A DNA stretch of 59,707 bases, counting the filler, from Asterionella formosa (taxonomy: Eukaryota), in NCBI GenBank assembly GCA_002256025.1. It is 8 parts of 8 records of this genome, joined end to end, with 100 filler letters (N's around TTAATTAATTAA, not from the genome) between each part and the next. Parts side by side here need not be neighbours in the genome. Positions count along the whole stretch, not along the records: positions 1 to 7,404 come from NKIB01012458.1; positions 7,505 to 14,896 come from NKIB01012459.1; 6 more parts are not named here. One strand, written 5' to 3'. Each line of letters starts with the position of its first letter. Positions within the stretch are counted from its first letter, which is position 1. The translations under genes and the position numbers were made by a program. Under the pieces are notes generated by a model, which was not told the DNA's origin, did not search any database, and saw nothing but the letters and a program-made list of their open reading frames with translations. Below, in pieces: positions 1 through 11,590 of this stretch.

Positions 1-1459
1 ACCGGTATTTCACATTACATGGGAAACAAATCTCGATATGCAATCAAACAAAGCTGTTCTATCAGAATGGAATCTTCAGTCTTGAGAAGGCAGGCATTAT
101 GAGACATCTGTAAGGACATTGCAAGACAAAGAGAAGCCATTCATTCAGAAGGGGGAAATTATTCACTCTTGAACAGGCATCATTCTACGAAGTTGCAACA
201 TGAATGCATCCTCACACACTGATTTCCTTCTTGTACTTGAAATGACTTCTTGGCTTGTTTAACAAAACATAATTTGGAACTTCAAGGAAATTTCGGAATC
301 ATATAGGACCAGCAATGATTTTATGGAAGAATCACTTTCCTCAAGATGGTAAAAAAATGGTGCTCTACGGATTCATTTCTATTTATCGCCAGCTATAAAA
401 CAAAGAAATGGACACACTGTTGCCAAACTGAATCGACAAGATAACAACATACACACTGATGGATCAATATGTGGTCATAAGCAGAAATTTTCGTCATTCT
501 TATTGCAACATGATGGAACAGGGTGGTCTAATTTATAATCTAATTTCACAATTTATGTAATTGAATTTTTTTATAATGTTGGACTCCATTTGTATTTATT
601 CAGTGGGGTAGTCGACAATTAAGCAAAAGTGTTAGAAGGCCTAACGCATTTTTCATTCATAGACGAAGTCATCCAAATTGCCAATTGGATCTCGCCTTGC
701 AACATGCGAGATAATGTCACCTAGTTGCTGATTTTTAGTATTCATACTTAATATACCCAAGTCATTCACAGGTGAGAAGGGGCTTGAGTTGGGAATATCA
801 TCTGACAATGGACTTGATCATGACATGAATCTTAGAAGAGTAGTACTCTTCTTTGAGTAATACTCATCCACAATGTTTTCACGTTTTCTGGTTCTCTGAA
901 AAGACAGACTGTCAATCTGATTTGTAATAGATTCCAGTTTTCCATCTAAATTATCAAGCTTGGTTTGGATGTTTGCAAACATTATATGTTCCAATGGGTA
1001 TCTAGCCTCTTGTTGCAGAAGACCTTTCATCCGATCACGAGTGCATGCAGCAGATTGACTCAGACCAAACGATGCATTTCCCAAAATTGTATTGTTAATC
1101 AAATCTTCTGATAAAGCCAGTTTTGCTGCTTCTACTGATGCGTCCTCGACTTTCAGCTGGCCTCTGCTTCCAATGGAGAAATCAATTGACATATCAGAAG
1201 AACGACTGAAACTTTGTTCCTCTGCAACCAATTTTCTACCTGATGCACGGCCTGCTGATTCTTTCTTGCCATTATCTTTTCTAAATTCTTATGATGTGAA
1301 AACAATTAATCAGTTATGAAATGTGTGATGGCTGACAGATGCCAATTATGTATACATGAATATAGGATAATGTATATAATTAGACTTGTAAGTAGTTTTG
1401 GTATTTGTCAAAGCTTCTACGGTAGTTTATACTCAGTATATACCTAGTGACAAAATCTT

Positions 1460-2050
1460 GGATGATTTGAGTTAGGGTTAACAGCAGTCTTTTGGGATAT
1501 CTACATGCAGATATCAAAAACAGGAAATTGAAATTGAGAACTCCAATTGAGTTACGTCCACAGGATATTGTCGACACGTCATTTCATGACAATAAGGACT
1601 CATGAAAGAGCACAAGTGCCTACTTGGGTACAATCGGTGGAACTGCATTGATCAATTGGATTTCTTAAGGGCAGAACATTGTCACTGTTTCAAGCACTGA
1701 AGCTGAATACGTGGGTCTCAGTGATGGATCTAAAGAAACAACTTTTACTTCCAGCTTATTGAATGAGATCAATCATGTTGTCTTGCCAAGCAAAATTTTG
1801 GAGGATAATACTGGAGCGATTTTTCTCTCAAGAAATAAACAAGTTGGTGCAAGAACCAAGCATATTGATGTCAGGTACCATTTCATCAGAGAGAAAGTTG
1901 AAGATGGTAACATCCTTTGTTCGATATGTGAATACATTGAAAAATCCTGCAGACATTTTGTCAGAGAATGTAACTCAGAAAATCCATGATTCTCATGCAC
2001 ATAAAATGCTCAATGGGACAATGGATTGCTGGAATGAGGAGAGCGACAAA
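1460..2050 (+). mobile_element. Degenerate Ty1/copia pol fragment (RT C-terminus / RNase H)
   Basis: Translates to VDTSFHDNKDS*KSTSAYLGTIGGTALINWIS*GQNIVTVSSTEAEYVGLSDG...EDNTGAIFL...RTKHIDVRYHFIRE, then a frameshift to NPADIL. These are the classic copia RNase H motifs. There are two in-frame stops, a purine-rich stretch near 2030-2045 and no recognisable LTR. Confidence 0.88.
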
Positions 2051-2631
2051 AATCTAGGATTATTTGAGTTACTGCTACTGGTGTGAGGAATTGAACAACC
2101 TGGTACCAGATACGAGATAAACTGTATGTATGTATACATAGATAGGTACAACCATTCATGAATACATAGACACATGCATACAATACTGAAATTTTAAAAA
2201 TTGTTCTGTCACATGCTCTGTACTAAGTATACCAAGACAATCATATTAATTAGGTGAACAGAAGCAAACAAAAAACCAAAGCAAAGCCAAGGTCAGCCAT
2301 CCTCATAGGGAAAGACGCCATCAAGACATCCATGATATAAACAGTACATACTAGGCGTCAGTGGGATGATGGAGGGAGGTGGTAAATGCTGCCATGGCTG
2401 AAACTGCATGCCCGATTTGTTCTCATCTCAGCAGTGACAATGGATCGACCAGATATTCCCAGAATTTTCAAATATTTTCAACACCATTGGAGGGAATTGG
2501 AATTGCAAACGAAAAAATGGAGAACGCCATCTGAGTGCGAGCTATTTTAATTGACAGTGTCATTATTTGTCCAGATTTCCTCCAAATGTTTAGTGGAACG
2601 ACACGGAATGGGGCTAAGGACATTGGAATCG

Positions 2632-5235
2632 CTAGCTATCTTTATCATTGGTAGGCAACTCTTCTGCATGTTCCAGATCTGAGGAGGATGGATCGTTGTC
2701 CTTGTCTGGATATTTGGCAGCTTCTGATTTCATCCATGATCGGAATCGATCCGACACTCGAATAACAAAATCCGGTGAAGGAATGTGGTCAGGACGACCA
2801 ATAGGATCGCTTCCATCGGAAAATACCCCCTTCTTCATGTTGCTCAAAAACATATCCAACATTTTGTTCTGAACATTGGAGATCCGACTGGCTTCGCCAG
2901 GTCGAAGCCACAATGGTTCTTCCTTAGGGGGACGGGCTCGATAATCGTTTTCTTCCCACGCTTCCGCAATACGTTCCTTTTCCGTCAACTCAAAGGGATT
3001 TTTCCAATCATCACGTGAGGTGGTTGACCGAGGACGTAGTGGATAAACATAAACAAGACTCGAGGGACGAATGTTCCCATCCAAGGCTTCATCTTCATCC
3101 TTGATATACAAGTTTTCACCCAAAACTTCCGAGTTCCTTGCTTGACCATCACGTCGGAGTCGGCCCATCGTTTGGACTACGCTAGGTTTGGCAGCTGTAT
3201 ATTGATGCAACGGTCTGGGCATGTCTTTGATGGAAATTCCATGCAGTCGACGGAGGCAGTAGTTGGTCGGTTTCTTACCGTCAAGTGCCAATTGGACCAA
3301 GAGTTTGCTTTCTTCTGCAAGGTGCCTCGGCATAAGATGCGCACTTTCCTCTTGCTTGTAGTTGGTTATGTTTCCATTCGAAGTGATAAAATCTTTCATT
3401 CTGTTTAGCAACTTTTCATTGAGTTCTTCTTTTCGATCTCCAGTAAAGGGCAATCCCCAAATCATGACACCGCACACTCTGCCCGATCGATCAAAATAAA
3501 ATACAGCACCCACTCCATACACAGGCAAGGTCGTATCTGTATTGATTTTCTTCGTAAGTCGTTGAGTTAATTTTCGTTCTCTAATACTTTCCACATCAAA
3601 TGTTGTATCTGTAGTAGTGTCCTTTGTGCGGCGCCGACTTAATTTTCGTTCTCGGAGACCTGCCACATTGGCTGCTTGGTTCGTCCACCAAAATCCATGT
3701 GTGGTCATTTTTTCAGAATCACACACTCCAACACATAATGCTTCTATACCCACACACGACAAGGATGTACTATGACATGCATCATGAAAACACATGTCTG
3801 ATCTCCATATAGGAAAAGATTCAGCGGCAAAGGATAACGTCATATCTTGTCGCTTTTTCTGTTGTTTTCGATCACCAAACAACACTCCTTGTTGTCGTTC
3901 TTGATAGTCTCGTGCCATATGCAAGGCTGCCACTCTTCCTGCCAATTTACCATCTACTGTCCCTTCTCCTGCAACATGACCATGTCCAGTAAGTGAATTA
4001 GGATACTTTGCCACGGACCCTGCAGCATATACATTCGATGCCACATGTAACTCTGCATTGACCATGACACGACCATCATCGGCATAACACACACACATGG
4101 ATGGAAAAAAGGGTGGTGCGGTCAATTGCGACCAAGATTGATACCAGGAGGAGGACGTTTCAGATGATGGAGCATGGTGGGAAAGGGCCAAGGAGGGCAA
4201 AACTGCTGTCCCTCGTGGTCCATCGACAGATGGTGCAACAACGACTAAATCAACATGATGCCGTTTCGTGTCGAGCAGATCAAATGTCCGAGTGGTGTGC
4301 AATTCCAAATTTCCATCCATGTCGTTATGAGACAAGTATCGGACCAGGGTCCTATCTCTTACATCAATCCCATGAGTTTGCAATCGTTTGGTGATACTTG
4401 TTGATAAATACCGTGGCACTATAAAGCAAAGTGGTCCTGGTGCACCAAACGTTAGTATTGGCGATACTGTTGCTTTACGAGCAATGGCAAGTGCCAATTC
4501 CATGGCATCCCATCCAGATCCAAGAATGGCAACTTTGGCCCCTTGTGATGCCGCCAATTCGCACACATGTTTCGTAACATGAGGTGCCAAGGCTGGTCGT
4601 TCGTGGTTAGGTGTGCCAAGAGATATTGAAGTAGGTCTCAATTCCAAGAGTCGTGGCATGGCCTTTTGATCTACCAGCATGTTTGGTGGTGGTGCTCCTC
4701 TAACTCCTGTGGCAATTAATATGGAATGATGGTATTGCAATTGTTGAACTGTAGAATCCGAATGTACCAACTGTACCATTTGTGTGGGTGGATGAAATCC
4801 CAAAACAGATTGAGCAAAATAGTGAACCTTGTTGTTGTTGTTGTTATATGATGATGAGTTGGATGTGGCTGTTTGTGGTGTTGGTGATTGAAATGGATCA
4901 ACAACAGCAATTGTGGCAAATGGACATTTTGTTCGTAGTGTTTCAACAGCAGCAGCACCAGCATTCCCGTGTCCCAATACAATGAAATCGTATTCCAAGA
5001 CTTTTGGAGTATTGTTATTATTTGACGCATCCATCAAAGTCCTTGCTGGTGCAACGAGGCGTTGACATTGTGTTGTAAAGTGGCCACTACTTTGACTTTG
5101 GTTGTCCTTGTGATGACTGTTTAGGCAATAACCAGTCATAAGAACTGATGCTGTTGCTGTTGCCACACTGATCCATTGTTTCAAAGGCCCATGATCATGG
5201 CTAGTTGATAGTAGTTGAAGTATTTTTCGTCGCAT
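2632..5235 (-). CDS. AIF-like FAD-dependent pyridine nucleotide-disulfide oxidoreductase (apoptosis-inducing factor family)
   Basis: 867-aa uninterrupted ORF. Motifs: Rossmann FIVLGHGNAG, ILIATG, second Rossmann VAILGSGWDAMELA, GRVMVNAEL..VYAAG, and an AIFM1-type C-terminal YGVGAVFYF...GVMIW. N-terminal hydrophobic anchor-like segment. Confidence 0.8.
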   Translation of the reverse strand: MRRKILQLLSTSHDHGPLKQWISVATATASVLMTGYCLNSHHKDNQSQSSGHFTTQCQRLVAPARTLMDASNNNNTPKVLEYDFIVLGHGNAGAAAVETLRTKCPFATIAVVDPFQSPTPQTATSNSSSYNNNNNKVHYFAQSVLGFHPPTQMVQLVHSDSTVQQLQYHHSILIATGVRGAPPPNMLVDQKAMPRLLELRPTSISLGTPNHERPALAPHVTKHVCELAASQGAKVAILGSGWDAMELALAIARKATVSPILTFGAPGPLCFIVPRYLSTSITKRLQTHGIDVRDRTLVRYLSHNDMDGNLELHTTRTFDLLDTKRHHVDLVVVAPSVDGPRGTAVLPSLALSHHAPSSETSSSWYQSWSQLTAPPFFPSMCVCYADDGRVMVNAELHVASNVYAAGSVAKYPNSLTGHGHVAGEGTVDGKLAGRVAALHMARDYQERQQGVLFGDRKQQKKRQDMTLSFAAESFPIWRSDMCFHDACHSTSLSCVGIEALCVGVCDSEKMTTHGFWWTNQAANVAGLRERKLSRRRTKDTTTDTTFDVESIRERKLTQRLTKKINTDTTLPVYGVGAVFYFDRSGRVCGVMIWGLPFTGDRKEELNEKLLNRMKDFITSNGNITNYKQEESAHLMPRHLAEESKLLVQLALDGKKPTNYCLRRLHGISIKDMPRPLHQYTAAKPSVVQTMGRLRRDGQARNSEVLGENLYIKDEDEALDGNIRPSSLVYVYPLRPRSTTSRDDWKNPFELTEKERIAEAWEENDYRARPPKEEPLWLRPGEASRISNVQNKMLDMFLSNMKKGVFSDGSDPIGRPDHIPSPDFVIRVSDRFRSWMKSEAAKYPDKDNDPSSSDLEHAEELPTNDKDS

Positions 5236-5840
5236 GATGGTTGTAACAGATTGTCTACCTGCCGTGGATGTTGGTCACAAAGTGCTGATATGATATGGCT
5301 GCTAACGAAGGAAAGATAAATTACTGCGTAATCTTCGGCCAACTGGATAGACTTTCTGGAGGTCTACTTTACCATTGTCTTTAAGTGTTGATGGATAATA
5401 TTGAATATAGTAAGTACCACAAAAGGAAGGATGAGAAAATCAATCGAATGGTGACAGGAAATGTTGTGAGGATGACATACCGGTATCTTGCAACAATTCG
5501 ATATAATTTACCACTATCATTGTGGATGCTGAATTTCTTTTGTTCGCATCGTCATTGTTTGAAATTGTGATGACTCAGCGAATGCTCTTGTTGAATATCG
5601 CTAGTGAGTGCTTTACCTTACATGTTCTTGTCGTCGACCGTACATGCATAAGATACGGTGCATCATCATCATCCCGCAAAATATTCTATTTGTAGTACCA
5701 GGGTACCGGTAGACGAGGACAACACAAAGAATGGAATGTGGACCCACCATGGTGAGGATCATATTTTCTCCATGTAATTGCGCTCATTAGTACCTTTTTA
5801 TATTCATAAATACTATTTATGTATTTGGTTTCTTGACGAG

Positions 5841-7404
5841 ATGAACTCACAAAGGACTAAAGCAAGAACATTCTATTTTTACATCATAATGACGTTTCTG
5901 ATGAGCAGTCGTTGGACAAGAGGATTTTCACCATTGATTGCCTTTACACGTCAACAACGTCAACAAGAAGGCGTCATGTGCAGGGGATTATTAGGCAGAA
6001 TCACATCAATGACGGTGCATCGTCGGATGAAGCAAACAAGAATGGCTGATAGTACTAAACGTTGTGCAACTACCGGTAATCATCAAAAGGAATCGGAAGC
6101 GAATTACAATTATGAAATGTCAGGCGTTGACCATAAGGATGATACTATAGGCAATGAAGGATTGCTGTATTTTGATTCGTTCCACGACGATGATGATGAC
6201 GACGACGATGAGGAAAATTCCAATATAACTGATGAAGAATTGATAGTAGATGATGATGATGATGAAGATGAAGAACACGAGGAGGACGAGCTGGATAGCA
6301 ACGATGAACCACCAAACGCTGTGATCCATGCTCATGTCGCGTGGTGTACTGCAGTCCAAACCACGTTACAAGCCCTGGAAACCAAATCATCATCCTTGCA
6401 ACGTGAACTTGACAAGGCCAAGGCTCTTGATCAAACAGTCCTTCGGGCTCAATTGATCGTTAGTCATTTATATCGATTTCAACAAGAGCCGCATTTAACT
6501 ACCATTACTATACAAGATTGGGATGGCAATGCGGATGTAGAATTAGCCTTGGATCCACTGTACGAGTCAGCTGCTGCCGAAGCCGATGCACTCTTTGCTC
6601 AAGCCAGAAAACTTAAACGTGGATCTGCTGTAGTACAAGAATTGATCACTCAAACAGATCATGCGATTGAAATTATGAAACAATATCAAGTAGAATTAAA
6701 AACCATGACTTCGGAAGAGACGGGGACAATCATTGACGAAGAACAGTTTTCGGTGGTACAGCAGAAATTAAAAGATACTTCCAAAAAAACTAACTTTCAA
6801 CTTCCATCACTACAATCAACTTCCACCAAATCACAACAAAAGAAACGTCGAGTCACTTCCAACAAGTCAACAACTTCCATTATGGAAACTTCGGTTCGAA
6901 AACTCATGTCACCTGGTGGATGTGTTGTGTTGGTAGGACGGAATCGACGTGGCAATGACTATATATCGATGCATGTTGCAAGAGGGAATGACATTTGGAT
7001 GCATGCACGTGGACGTCCAGGTGCCCATGTGGTATTACAATCCCGACGTGGTTCACCTCCTGTCACACAGGACTGTTTGGACTTTTGTGCCAACGTGGCT
7101 GCCTTTTATAGTGATGCCAGAACTGAAACCAAAACAGATGTTACCGCCGCAGAACCGAAACATTTATTAAAACCAAGGGGAGCACCACTTGGTGCAGTCA
7201 AAGTGAGAGAAGAATTGTACACCTTGACAGGGTGGCCAGACGATGTGCCCGACGCGTTGAAGGAAGCAAGAGAAAAGTCGGGAATGACTGATGAGTTTAG
7301 AGCCAAGGACAAACAAAAACATAGGCGACGAACTGCGGATGTAGCCAAACAGACTCAAGCCAAGAAACGATCTGAACAAAAAGCGAAACGAAAGCGGGGA
7401 GGAC
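5841..7404 (+). CDS. RqcH/FbpA-like protein (coiled coil/M region + NFACT-R domain), 3' end cut by contig end
   Basis: NFACT-R motifs VLVGRNRRGND, DIWMHARGRPGAHVVL, AAFYSDAR and LKPRGAPLGAV. FbpA-like middle region AQLIVSHLY...LALDP...ADALFAQARKLKRG. First ATG at 5841 (the ORF caller used an upstream TTG). The frame runs into the linker. Confidence 0.82.
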
Positions 7405-7504
7405 NNNNNNNNNNNNNNNNNNNNNNNNNNNNNNNNNNNNNNNNNNNNTTAATTAATTAANNNNNNNNNNNNNNNNNNNNNNNNNNNNNNNNNNNNNNNN
7501 NNNN
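7405..7504. other. Artificial contig-joining linker
   Basis: N44-TTAATTAATTAA-N44, with stops in all six frames; identical at all seven junctions. Confidence 0.99.
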
Positions 7505-9388
7505 GTTTTTACATCACCAATGTTCGCAACAATATTATTGGCAATGCTGCTTCTGGTGGCTGGTCTGGATTTGCGTTCCCGAACCTTCCTACTCCTCTTG
7601 GTCCTCACAAAGATATCTATATGAGACCCTCATCTGCATTGCCTTTGACAATTAATGGGAACACGGCCCACAGTACTGGCTGGTGGTGGTTTCATGCGGG
7701 TGCCTTCTATTTTGGCGGATCACTTTACTATGACGATCAAGGTGTTCTCGAGTACAACCCCGGTCGTGACTTTGACTTCGGTAACCATGACCGGAACACA
7801 TGCTTGCGAGACTTGTGTTCCTCTGGTGACTGTGGTGGGTGGTGTCCGGAGTATGAACAGTCGTGGATTAGAATGACAAATACCAAAGCATTCTTGGTTC
7901 CTAGTGTCGGTCTGAATTCTTGGTCTGGCCGAATGGAGATTGTTGGTTTTGAAGCACACGATGTTGGCCTTTCCATTGAAGCTTTGGTATCTGGGTTCTG
8001 GATCGATAACATGCTGGTTGTGTGTCGAACAGGAACCAAACTTGCACTCCCCGCGGGTGCCTCGACTACTTGGATGCCCGGTAACGGATTTACTTGGTAT
8101 GATACGGGCCAGGAGCATATCATGACAAATTCGTTGTTTCGTAACTGTGGTTATCGTTCGCAGCAATACAACCAGTATGACAATACCACCACTCGTGGTT
8201 GTGGCCCTGATGTAAATTCTGGATGTGCAATCTCATCATATGTGTTTGGGTTCGGTACCCACTCGGATCAATTTAACCCCGAGATCATGCAGGCGACAAA
8301 AAATATCACATTTGACAAGTGTGGGCGCCGGTTCAGCTTAGACAATTGGGGTAAGTTTTTGAGTGTCAGTGGTCGAACACAAAACTGGCTAGACTCTGAT
8401 GGCACTGTTAGTGGGCTTCGTGTGCCGACTCTCATTGGATCCGGCTTGGTAGGAGCTGGACTTTGGTGGACTGTTGACAATGAAGGTATGTGGTCGTGTT
8501 GAGCATGAAAGTGTGTCTTCAATTTTGTCTTCTCATGGTCTTGTTGCTTTAGTTGTCCATGACACCCAAGGACCATTGAAGTTCATTAAACAGACGAAGG
8601 AAAGGGGACTTGGTTCATTGACCTTGTATTTTGATGCTGCTCAGCATGACCAAGTCGGCAATACTGTTTGTGGAAATGGCGATGGCCTTCCTTGTCCACC
8701 TTTGGGGTACATTAAGCATATGGGAAAGAAGTTTTCTTTGGACAATGGTCTCCCTATCACTGCTAGCGCCGATGTTGCTGGACCTGTTGGAGGCTACTCG
8801 TGGCTTCTCAAGCTCATAGCAGGGGCACCGAAAAGACTCGTTGTCAAATCGGTTGAAGTTCGTCCAGATACTCCGATGCTTTTAAGTATCGCATACCCAC
8901 CCAAGACCGCGTTCACGATCACAGCAAGTGCAGCTGAGTGGTGTTCTCCCAGCGCGCAATACTCTTGTAAAGAAGTTTTCAAACCTGTCAACTCAATTAC
9001 CGCAGTGCGTAAGTCCATCGGGAACACCTATTATTTCAGTCCAACTGGCTTGTTGACCGTCAGAGTCATCCAAACTCCCAAGGACTACGTCGGGGCACCA
9101 ACATGGTTTTTGCCTAAGTTCACAGATGTTGGCCTATGGGGTAATGGTTTTGCGATCCAGCGATTTGAAAGGGGTGGCGTATTACTACCAGTGGGTAGTT
9201 ACGGCACATGGCTAGAAATTGTTGCCAATTGTACGGCATCGTCAACTAACGCGGCATACTGTCAGCAATCACCGCCCATTTTGGTTCCCGAGGTCTGTCC
9301 CTCCGGCTACAATCAAACGGCCTATGACAAGTGCTGTTCTGTTTCAAATGCTTCGAAATGTAGTTTCGCTGATGGGAGTTTCACTTAG
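7505..9388 (+). CDS. G8-domain/TMEM2-CEMIP-like parallel beta-helix protein, 5'-truncated, 2 exons
   Basis: Starts at the contig edge with FYITNVRNNIIGNAASGGWSGFAFP, followed by GNTAHS and GFTWYDTGQEHI, which are typical of protist G8/TMEM2-like proteins. The GT-AG intron 8486-8552 joins the two ORFs in frame (NE-V-VHD). Cys-rich C-terminus. Confidence 0.7.
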
Positions 9389-9589
9389 TATTTCTGTCAT
9401 GTGTGTTCATGAAGTCTCCAGGAATGTGAATTTAGAATATTACCTATTAGTGTATGCATAAACTCTCAAGCAAATTCCCTATCAAGCCTTGATGAGGATT
9501 TGTAGAATTACACATATGATGTCAAATATCTATTTTTTAATTCAAATCGACTTTTGAGAACGGGCAAAACAGGGATTCAAAAATCGTGG

Positions 9590-11533
9590 TTAGTTCATTC
9601 GGAACTGACCAGTCCTGAGACTCTTCATATCTTCGCGTTGGCCTTTCCCTCTATTCTTGTTTGGGGCTCCATCACGTTTTGGTCCACCAGCGTTCCTGTC
9701 TCCCTTGCTCTTTCCGTAAGGTTGTGGTCCCAAAGGAGGAACAATTGGATTCGGATAATCCACTCCAAGCTGGCACATGAATTCCTTTTGTTCTGATGGA
9801 CTCATCATCCAAGGCTCATGCACAAACTTGGTTGGAACACTATTCAGCTCAGGGAGCCATTGTCGAACATAGTCCCCGTGCTGATCATAATCTTTCGACT
9901 GCTTGACAATGTTGAAACGATTTATGCGACCGCCTGTCATTCCAGCAGCAGCACACCAATTTCCCCAATTGGAGTGTACATCATAGTCCAACAGAACCTC
10001 TTCAAAGTAGTCCGCACCATGGCGCCAATCGCATTTCATGTCCAGCGCAAGGAAACTGGCAACATTCTGACGACCTCGGTTACTCATAAACCCAGTTGCA
10101 GCAAGTTCCCGCATGTTTGCATCAACTAAGGGATAGCCAGTCTTTCCTTCTTTCCATGCTTGTACATACCGTGCATCATAGCTCCATTGCTGATCCGAAT
10201 CGATGGTCCCTCCCGGGAAGAATATTTTGTTGCCGTGTTTGAGTGCGAAGAATTTAAAATAGTCCCGCCATAACAATTCAAAGACTACCCAGTAGGTACT
10301 CTTATTTGCAACACGCTCTTGTTCGTACTTTAGACATTCTTGAGCAACATATCGGGGCGAGAGGCAACCCGTAGCTAACCAAGGAGCAAATTTAGTGCTG
10401 TAGTCAGCCCCAATCATGCCATTCCTAGTGTCAAAGTAAATTTTGAGTAGATCCTTGTCCCATATATATTCTTGAACACGAGCCAAGGCAGCAGTTTCTC
10501 CACCAAGAAAGGGCATAACTCCACGTGGATCACCCTTACCATCGGCATGTTCCATGTCCTTTAATGAGTATCCCAAATCTTGCAAGGTGGGCATATATTG
10601 AAACGAACACTTGTCCATCATCCCAAAATCAGCAAGGACAGGGGACAGTGTCAAATCTACTTTGCGTGGTACAGGTAGGGGTTTGTCAATCTTGCAAGCT
10701 TTTTCCACTTTAGTTCTAAATGGTGTATACGTATCGGGGATACCGTATGGTCCATCATTGAAAGGTAAGTCATCTTTATTGTACAATGTTGATCCCCATA
10801 CTTTCGTAAGTGTTGCCTTTGGATGAATGAGAGTCATGGCATTGTGTACAGCCTTGTCAACCGCCAACTCTTCACTGCAAACTTCTTGTTGGCAAACAAC
10901 ATGAGGAATAATTGATTGAGCGATACCAGTAGTATGATTATTGTTGTAGTTGTTGTTGCTTTGGTTGAATGATGTGTATTGTTGTACCCATCGACTCATA
11001 ATATCTTCTGGTTTCCCATGTGCTACTAGCAGCCCAGATCCTTGTTCTTCCAACTTTCGTCTCAAATCCGTAACACTCTCAATAATAAACTTGGCTCGTT
11101 TTGGTCCACATTTGAGTGACGTTGTACTTGTTCGACTAGATGACTGTTGAGCGGCGGCGACGGCGTCATCATGATGATGATTCCCAAATATTCGTGGATC
11201 AAAGCAATACAAGCACACCATGTTGGTTGTTGTTGTAGTTTCACTCTTGATCTTATTATTGTTATTCAATTCCACGGCTTGGCAAAGTGATGGATTATCA
11301 TGTAATCGCAAGTCAGTTCCTCGGAACCATTGTAGGACAAGATGATTACGACTGCTACTCGTTGTGGTGCTGTACCGTGCCTGGGCGGCATTCGTGATGG
11401 ACAATCCCTTGACCATGACAATGGTTCGAGTTGTTGTTGTGGTTGTTGTTGTTGATGATGATGATGATGATGATATTGCAAAAATAACAATGAGTTGAGA
11501 AAGGATGGAACTAATAAGGTTGCTGGAAACCAT
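9590..11533 (-). CDS. CRY-DASH: Cryptochrome DASH (photolyase/cryptochrome family)
   Basis: Motifs WFRGTDLRLHDN, GGETAALARV, TRNGMIGADYSTKFAPWLA, STYWVVFELLWRDYF, GFMSNRGRQNVASFL and DYDVHSNWGNW. N-terminal hydrophobic plus Ser/Thr-rich presequence. Confidence 0.93.
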   Translation of the reverse strand: MVSSNLISSILSQLIVIFAISSSSSSSTTTTTTTTRTIVMVKGLSITNAAQARYSTTTSSSRNHLVLQWFRGTDLRLHDNPSLCQAVELNNNNKIKSETTTTTNMVCLYCFDPRIFGNHHHDDAVAAAQQSSSRTSTTSLKCGPKRAKFIIESVTDLRRKLEEQGSGLLVAHGKPEDIMSRWVQQYTSFNQSNNNYNNNHTTGIAQSIIPHVVCQQEVCSEELAVDKAVHNAMTLIHPKATLTKVWGSTLYNKDDLPFNDGPYGIPDTYTPFRTKVEKACKIDKPLPVPRKVDLTLSPVLADFGMMDKCSFQYMPTLQDLGYSLKDMEHADGKGDPRGVMPFLGGETAALARVQEYIWDKDLLKIYFDTRNGMIGADYSTKFAPWLATGCLSPRYVAQECLKYEQERVANKSTYWVVFELLWRDYFKFFALKHGNKIFFPGGTIDSDQQWSYDARYVQAWKEGKTGYPLVDANMRELAATGFMSNRGRQNVASFLALDMKCDWRHGADYFEEVLLDYDVHSNWGNWCAAAGMTGGRINRFNIVKQSKDYDQHGDYVRQWLPELNSVPTKFVHEPWMMSPSEQKEFMCQLGVDYPNPIVPPLGPQPYGKSKGDRNAGGPKRDGAPNKNRGKGQREDMKSLRTGQFRMN

Positions 11534-11569
11534 TCATGGAAAGTAAAGAGTTTCTTTCTTTTTCCCTTT

Positions 11570-11590
11570 TCTCTCTCTCTCTCTCTCTCT
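11570..11590. repeat. (CT)n microsatellite
   Basis: About 10 CT units just upstream of the CRY-DASH start codon. Confidence 0.9.

Noticed and set aside
1..1320. Coding-like minus-strand fragments including the 137-aa ORF at 818-1231
   Set aside because: No recognisable motif and interrupted by stops; it cannot be assigned from sequence alone.
7449..7460. TTAATTAATTAA palindrome and ORFs ending in X...LIN
   Set aside because: Artificial six-frame-stop linker, not biological sequence.
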